From Mobula hypostoma (lineage: Eukaryota): a stretch of 64,000 nucleotides of DNA. Location of the stretch: the NCBI RefSeq assembly GCF_963921235.1, contig NC_086097.1, forward strand, positions 124,250,001 to 124,314,000, given 5' to 3'. Numbering within the stretch: the stretch's first letter is position 1; each line of letters starts with the position of its first letter. The position numbers were made by a program, and so were the translations under genes. The notes under the pieces are model-generated. The model saw only the letters and a list, made by a program, of their open reading frames with translations. It did no database searches and was not told the origin of the DNA. Shown here piece after piece: positions 59,521 to 64,000 of this stretch.

Positions 59521-62500
59521 AGATTGTCTGGGTGTAGTCAGTTCGGTAATGGGCTTAATAAGTTTAAGTGCCCAGAAAGCCAGGCATGGATTGAGTTGGC
59601 AGGTCTGTTGAATGGAGATAAGGTTCTGGTGGTCAGCCCAGATCTGGAAGGGCTAGTGGCTCTCATCAGCTACTGTCTCTATTCCTCTAAAGTCCATTTG
59701 ATGGCAAGTAGCTCCCTGTCTCCTACTTCATAACGGTGCTGCGTAGAGATGAACTTGCATGAGAAGAAGACACAAGGGTGTGTCTTCCCATCCAGTCCTC
59801 GTTGGGAGAGGATGGCCTCGATGCCCATGTCAAATGCATCCACCTCTAGCACCAAAGGTCTGGAGGGGTTTGGATGGCAGAAAATGGGAGCCGTGGTGAA
59901 GCATCTCTTCAGTTCTTCAAAAGCATGGTTCACAGCAGCAGCCCAACATATCTGTGAGGTAAGTGATGGTGAGGGAGATGAGAGGAGCAGCAATTTGTCT
60001 GTAGTTTCTAATGAAACAGTGGTAGAATTTGGAGAAGCCCAAAAAGCACTGCAGCTGTTGAATGAGCGCGGTGGGGGCCATCTAACAATGGCACATACTT
60101 CGTCTGGGTCCATGGTTATGCCTTGGGGTGAAAGGACATACCCATAAAGGAAAAGACAGGGCTGTGGAACTGGCAACTTTTAAACCTACAGCAGAGTTGC
60201 TTTTCAAGGAGGTGCTGCCGGACTGATCAGATGTGACAGATGTGGTCTTGTGGCCTTGGAAAAGATAAGGAAGTCGTAGAGGTAGTCAAACACATACTTG
60301 TGTAGCATTGTCATGGACAATCTCATGAACGAAGGCTTGGAAGATAGCTGTGTTGTAGGGAAGTCCAAAAGGCATCACCGAGTATTAGTAATGGCCAGTG
60401 GGTACTATGAATGCCATCTTCCACTCATCTCCCTGGCAGATGCTGCTCAGGTTGTACGTGCTGCATAGATCCAGTTTGGTGAAGATCAGTGTCTCACGGA
60501 GAATTTCCACTGCACTATCCATCAAAAGAAGAGGGTAGCAGTGATTTTGTTGAGTCCATGGTAGTCAATGATGTGAAGGCCTCTACCTTACTTTTTGGCA
60601 AAGAAGAATCCTGCATCGGCTGAGGACTGGAAAGGTTGAATTAAGCTGCACTACTGCACTTTGGCAATGTATTCATTCATAGCTTGGTTCTCAGGAGGCC
60701 AGAGGGAGAACAGACAACCTCGTGGAGGGGTGGTGCCCGGGAGGAGGTCAATTCCATAGTTGTGTGGTCTCTGAGGCAGCAGGACGCTGGCTTACCTTTT
60801 ACTGAAGGCAATGGCTAAGTCGTAAGAGTTTGGTGAGGTTGAGAGTTTCCCCTATCACCATGGATTTACAGGATGAGGTCACCTGAGATTGTAGGCAGGT
60901 AGGTGCCCAACTCAGCGGTGAACTAGATGAACAGGTGAAGTAAGGCTGTGAGTGGAGATCGAAGGATAACTCAAGATGAGAGGAGTGTTGGATGAGTCAA
61001 TCAAGAGGAATTGGATGGATTCCTGGTGATCTCCAATGCTTATTGTACAGGCCACATGCATGCTCTGACCATCCCAGACCCCAAGGACAGCTGTCACTGG
61101 CCGTGATGTTGAAGGGATGAGAGATAGTCTTAGTATGGAGTCCAAGCTGCACCCACAGAGTCCAGTCTAGAAAGTTGTCTGCTGTGCCAGAATGCATTGG
61201 CACTTCCAGTGTACGTAGATCCTTCAGGGTGTGGAGTGTTACGTGGTCGGCAACAATGAAACATAGAATTGAGTCAGGTTTTATAAACAAACATAAACAT
61301 TTATTAAACTCCGCTCAATAATAGTGAAAAGTAAACAAATGACTAATTTAACCGGAAGTTAACTGCTACACGGCAATTTAACAAACAGCCAAACTCTGGA
61401 ATAGTTCTTAAAGTGGTAAATTCGAACACAGTCTTAAAGTGGTAAATTCGAAAGTCCAAGTGATTTATACAGTCAGTAAGGAGAGACTTCCCTGAAATCT
61501 GATTTCTTTGAAGACATGACATTACTGTTAATCACAGCCAAGAAGTGCCTTGTCCAAAGAATTCAGATGAAGGAAATAAACGGCTTAAAGGAACTGACTT
61601 TTTCCTGGAGGGTGAACACTGCACAAACCTTCCTGATCTTGCAGGGGTTATCTCAGATGCAGGCCAATATTCCTGATTCAATAAGGTCGATCCTTTACAA
61701 AACTGCTGAATGACACCAATTTTACCCAATCCTTCAGGTTCCTGTACTTTAGTAAGGACTTCACTCTCTAATACTAGACTGTAAAGGTAAAACAAAGGTG
61801 CAACAAACAAGAACCGGCAGCGATTGGCGAAACTGCCAGCGCAACGTTTTTACCTTAAAGTAGAAAGTAAAACTCCACTTTAAAACGAAACTGCATCATG
61901 AAACGAATACACAGCATAATGAATTAACTGACGAACTAAAACTGTGTGACAACAGGGGTATCCCTTTATATACCTGTTGGAACATGGCATCACGTGACCT
62001 CACACTGGTGGGAAAATTACATCATGTGACCTCACACTGGCGGGAAAATTACATCATCCCACCATCACAAGACAATCACATCATGCTCACAAGATACTCA
62101 ATTACATCATGGCCATAAGACAGTCACAAGATACCCACAAGGTATGTAACCGGAGGAAGACAGAGAGAGTGAATCGGGCTGTGATGTTGGAACGAGAGGC
62201 TGAAGGAAAGCCTACCAAATGGAAAGCTCTTCATCTCTACTTGGTGTCAGCTTTTCCCCAGACACAGAAGGCATTTACTGAGTGAGTGATCAGCTACTCT
62301 GCAGTAAGCACACAAGTTATTTCTCCACTGATGCTCATGCTCTTGGGGGGGGGGGGATGTTAAGGAAGCTCTCCCTGGCAGCATGGGTTATGGAGGTGTT
62401 GATGATGAAGGTCGTGCAGCCTGAAGTGGTTCTGGGAATTGAATTGGGGCTGTGGCTGATGATCTGGAAGGTTGGTTCATAAGACACTTGCCAATTCGGA

Positions 62501-63430
62501 GGGCCAGAGAGATGAAGCTTTCAAGGTCGGTGGGCATCTCCCGGGTAGGCAGGTCGTTTATCAAGCGCTTTGAGAGGCCGTGATAGTAAGGGGCTAGCCG
62601 CACTCCTGCATTCCAGCCACACTCCGGCACAGGGGCCCTGGATTCTACAATGCAATCCAGCACCAAGCATGAGCCTTGAGGCAGCTGAAGTATCCGACCC
62701 ACTTCCCAGGTGCTCAAAAACCTGATGCATTTCAACGTATTTTTTGCAAGTGGTGGTTTTATTGTCATTGATATCAGTGGCCGGGGTCAGAGCCTCCCCG
62801 GTCGGAAGAGAGATGATGAAGGTAATTCTGGCTCAGTCTATAGACTACAGAGAAGGTTGAGCTCGAAGTGTACGGCACACTGAGACAGGAAGTTGTGGCA
62901 TCATGTTGGGAATCCACAGAAGCGTTGAGGTATCAGAATCTGGGGCTCTGAGGGAGGGGGTTGACTGGCACAGGGTTGCCAAATTGAGAGGAAGAGTTGG
63001 TTGAGAGTGGGAGTAGATGGCTTCCTGCTGCTTCTAGCTCTTGTGCTTGTATCAGTGGATGACTTCCTTTAGGTAAGAAAACTCTTCTGGGTCACCCATC
63101 CTGTCAGGAAATGTAGAAGAGGCTTAACCAAAAAGCAGAGCAGCAGAGATGAATCAGCGATGAACAATAACTTTAAAATTAGACTGCAAAAATAACACAA
63201 ACCACAAGGGGCCATAGAACAAGAGAGAATAGATATTAAACACAACAGAAAACAAGATAACTGAAGGCTAGGAGCAACTGGTCGTGGCTGGCTGGTTTGA
63301 TGGGTGAACAAAGGACTGTGGATGAGAGCTGGGTTCAGATAGGCTGCAGGTGATGAGCTACAAGTGTGTGGTAGGTGAGTCCTGTTAGCTGGGTGGAAAC
63401 TGGCAGGTGCCTGCCTGTGCAGGCCTGACA
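59521..63430 (-). mobile_element. Tf1/sushi-type Gypsy retrotransposon (5' LTR, gag, PR, RT, RNase H; decayed, 3' part missing)
   Basis: RNase H LEVDAFDMGIEAILSQ..YEVGDRELLAIKW; RT region about 60200-60750; gag PTDLESFISLALRI; LTR 63102-63430 bounded by TGTCA..TGACA. Confidence 0.85.
61237..62151 (-). mobile_element. Solo LTR nested in the sushi-type element
   Basis: TGTTAC...GTAAC(c) ends; ggag TSD at 61233-61236 and 62152-62155; minus-strand TATATAAA at about 61963-61971 and AATAAA at about 61300; short tandem repeats at about 61990-62060. Confidence 0.8.
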
Positions 63431-63749
63431 TGTGCTTCGGTGATAAATTTACTTTGACTTTGACTTTGAATCAGCTGTGATCAAATGACAGAGCAGACTC
63501 TTGGACCGAATGGCCTAATTCTGCTTCTGCCTCTTATGGTCCTCTTTGAAGAGCAATCTGAGATTTGTTATATCCATCTAATTTGAAAGTCATTATTAAA
63601 GCCTTATATTTTGCTGTGTGTTATGAGTGTTTTTTATCAAACATCGTCCAAGTTTTCTATTCTTGTTAATCTCAAAAAGAATTCAAAAGCAATCAGCTAC
63701 CAATAATTAAAATTCTGTATAAGTAAATTAGAATTAGCTTCAGAATATA

Positions 63750-64000
63750 AAGTCATGGAGTTACAGATTAAAAGGTCATACAGCACAGAAACAGGCACTT
63801 CAGCCCAAATTGTCCATGCTGAACAAATGCCCACCTAGGCTTGTCCCATTTGCCTCCCTGTCTCCATGTGTTCATCCAAATGTCATTTAAATGTTGTCAC
63901 TGTACCTAGCTCTACCTCTTCCTCTTCTTCCTGTATCTCATTCCATGTTCTGTACATACCACACCCTCTGGGTTTAAAAGCTGCATGTCAATTTTCTACA
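63750..64000 (-). mobile_element. CR1 3' end
   Basis: catacagcacagaaacaggc..ttcagccc tail. Confidence 0.65.

Noticed and set aside
61988..62060. Short direct repeats resembling a CRISPR array
   Set aside because: Head-to-tail repeats without unique spacers, inside an LTR of a eukaryotic genome.

Overview
This is vertebrate genomic DNA that looks elasmobranch (ray/shark-like). That assignment is inferred from the repeat complement: HE1-type V-SINEs, SacSINE1-type DeuSINEs and abundant CR1, Rex1-type and Penelope elements. More than half of the window is transposable-element debris, often nested several layers deep. It includes CR1, Rex1/Babar-type, RTE, L1 and Tx1 LINEs, Penelope-like elements (PLEs), Gypsy LTR elements and solo LTRs, and Tigger/pogo and Tc1 DNA transposons. 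A CpG island at about 26.1-27.0 kb carries a housekeeping-type promoter and a minus-strand first exon, and a few other minus-strand exon candidates exist. No host protein-coding exon could be recognised, so the gene is unnamed. The only long intact ORF (30368-32167) is a 5'-truncated young L1 ORF2. Highlights: (1) ten copies of a minimal type-I hammerhead ribozyme motif carried by PLE termini, including tiny non-coding hairpin derivatives on both sides of the promoter; (2) the L1 inserted into an 18-bp palindrome that encodes the approach to a CR1 RT catalytic FADD motif; (3) an RTE with twin-priming-type 5' inversion geometry; (4) a sushi-type Gypsy element with a Tf1-like self-priming PBS; (5) two Tc1-like copies interrupted at nearly the same position by different retroelements. 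Family names come from motif recognition, not database searches, and most boundaries are approximate.
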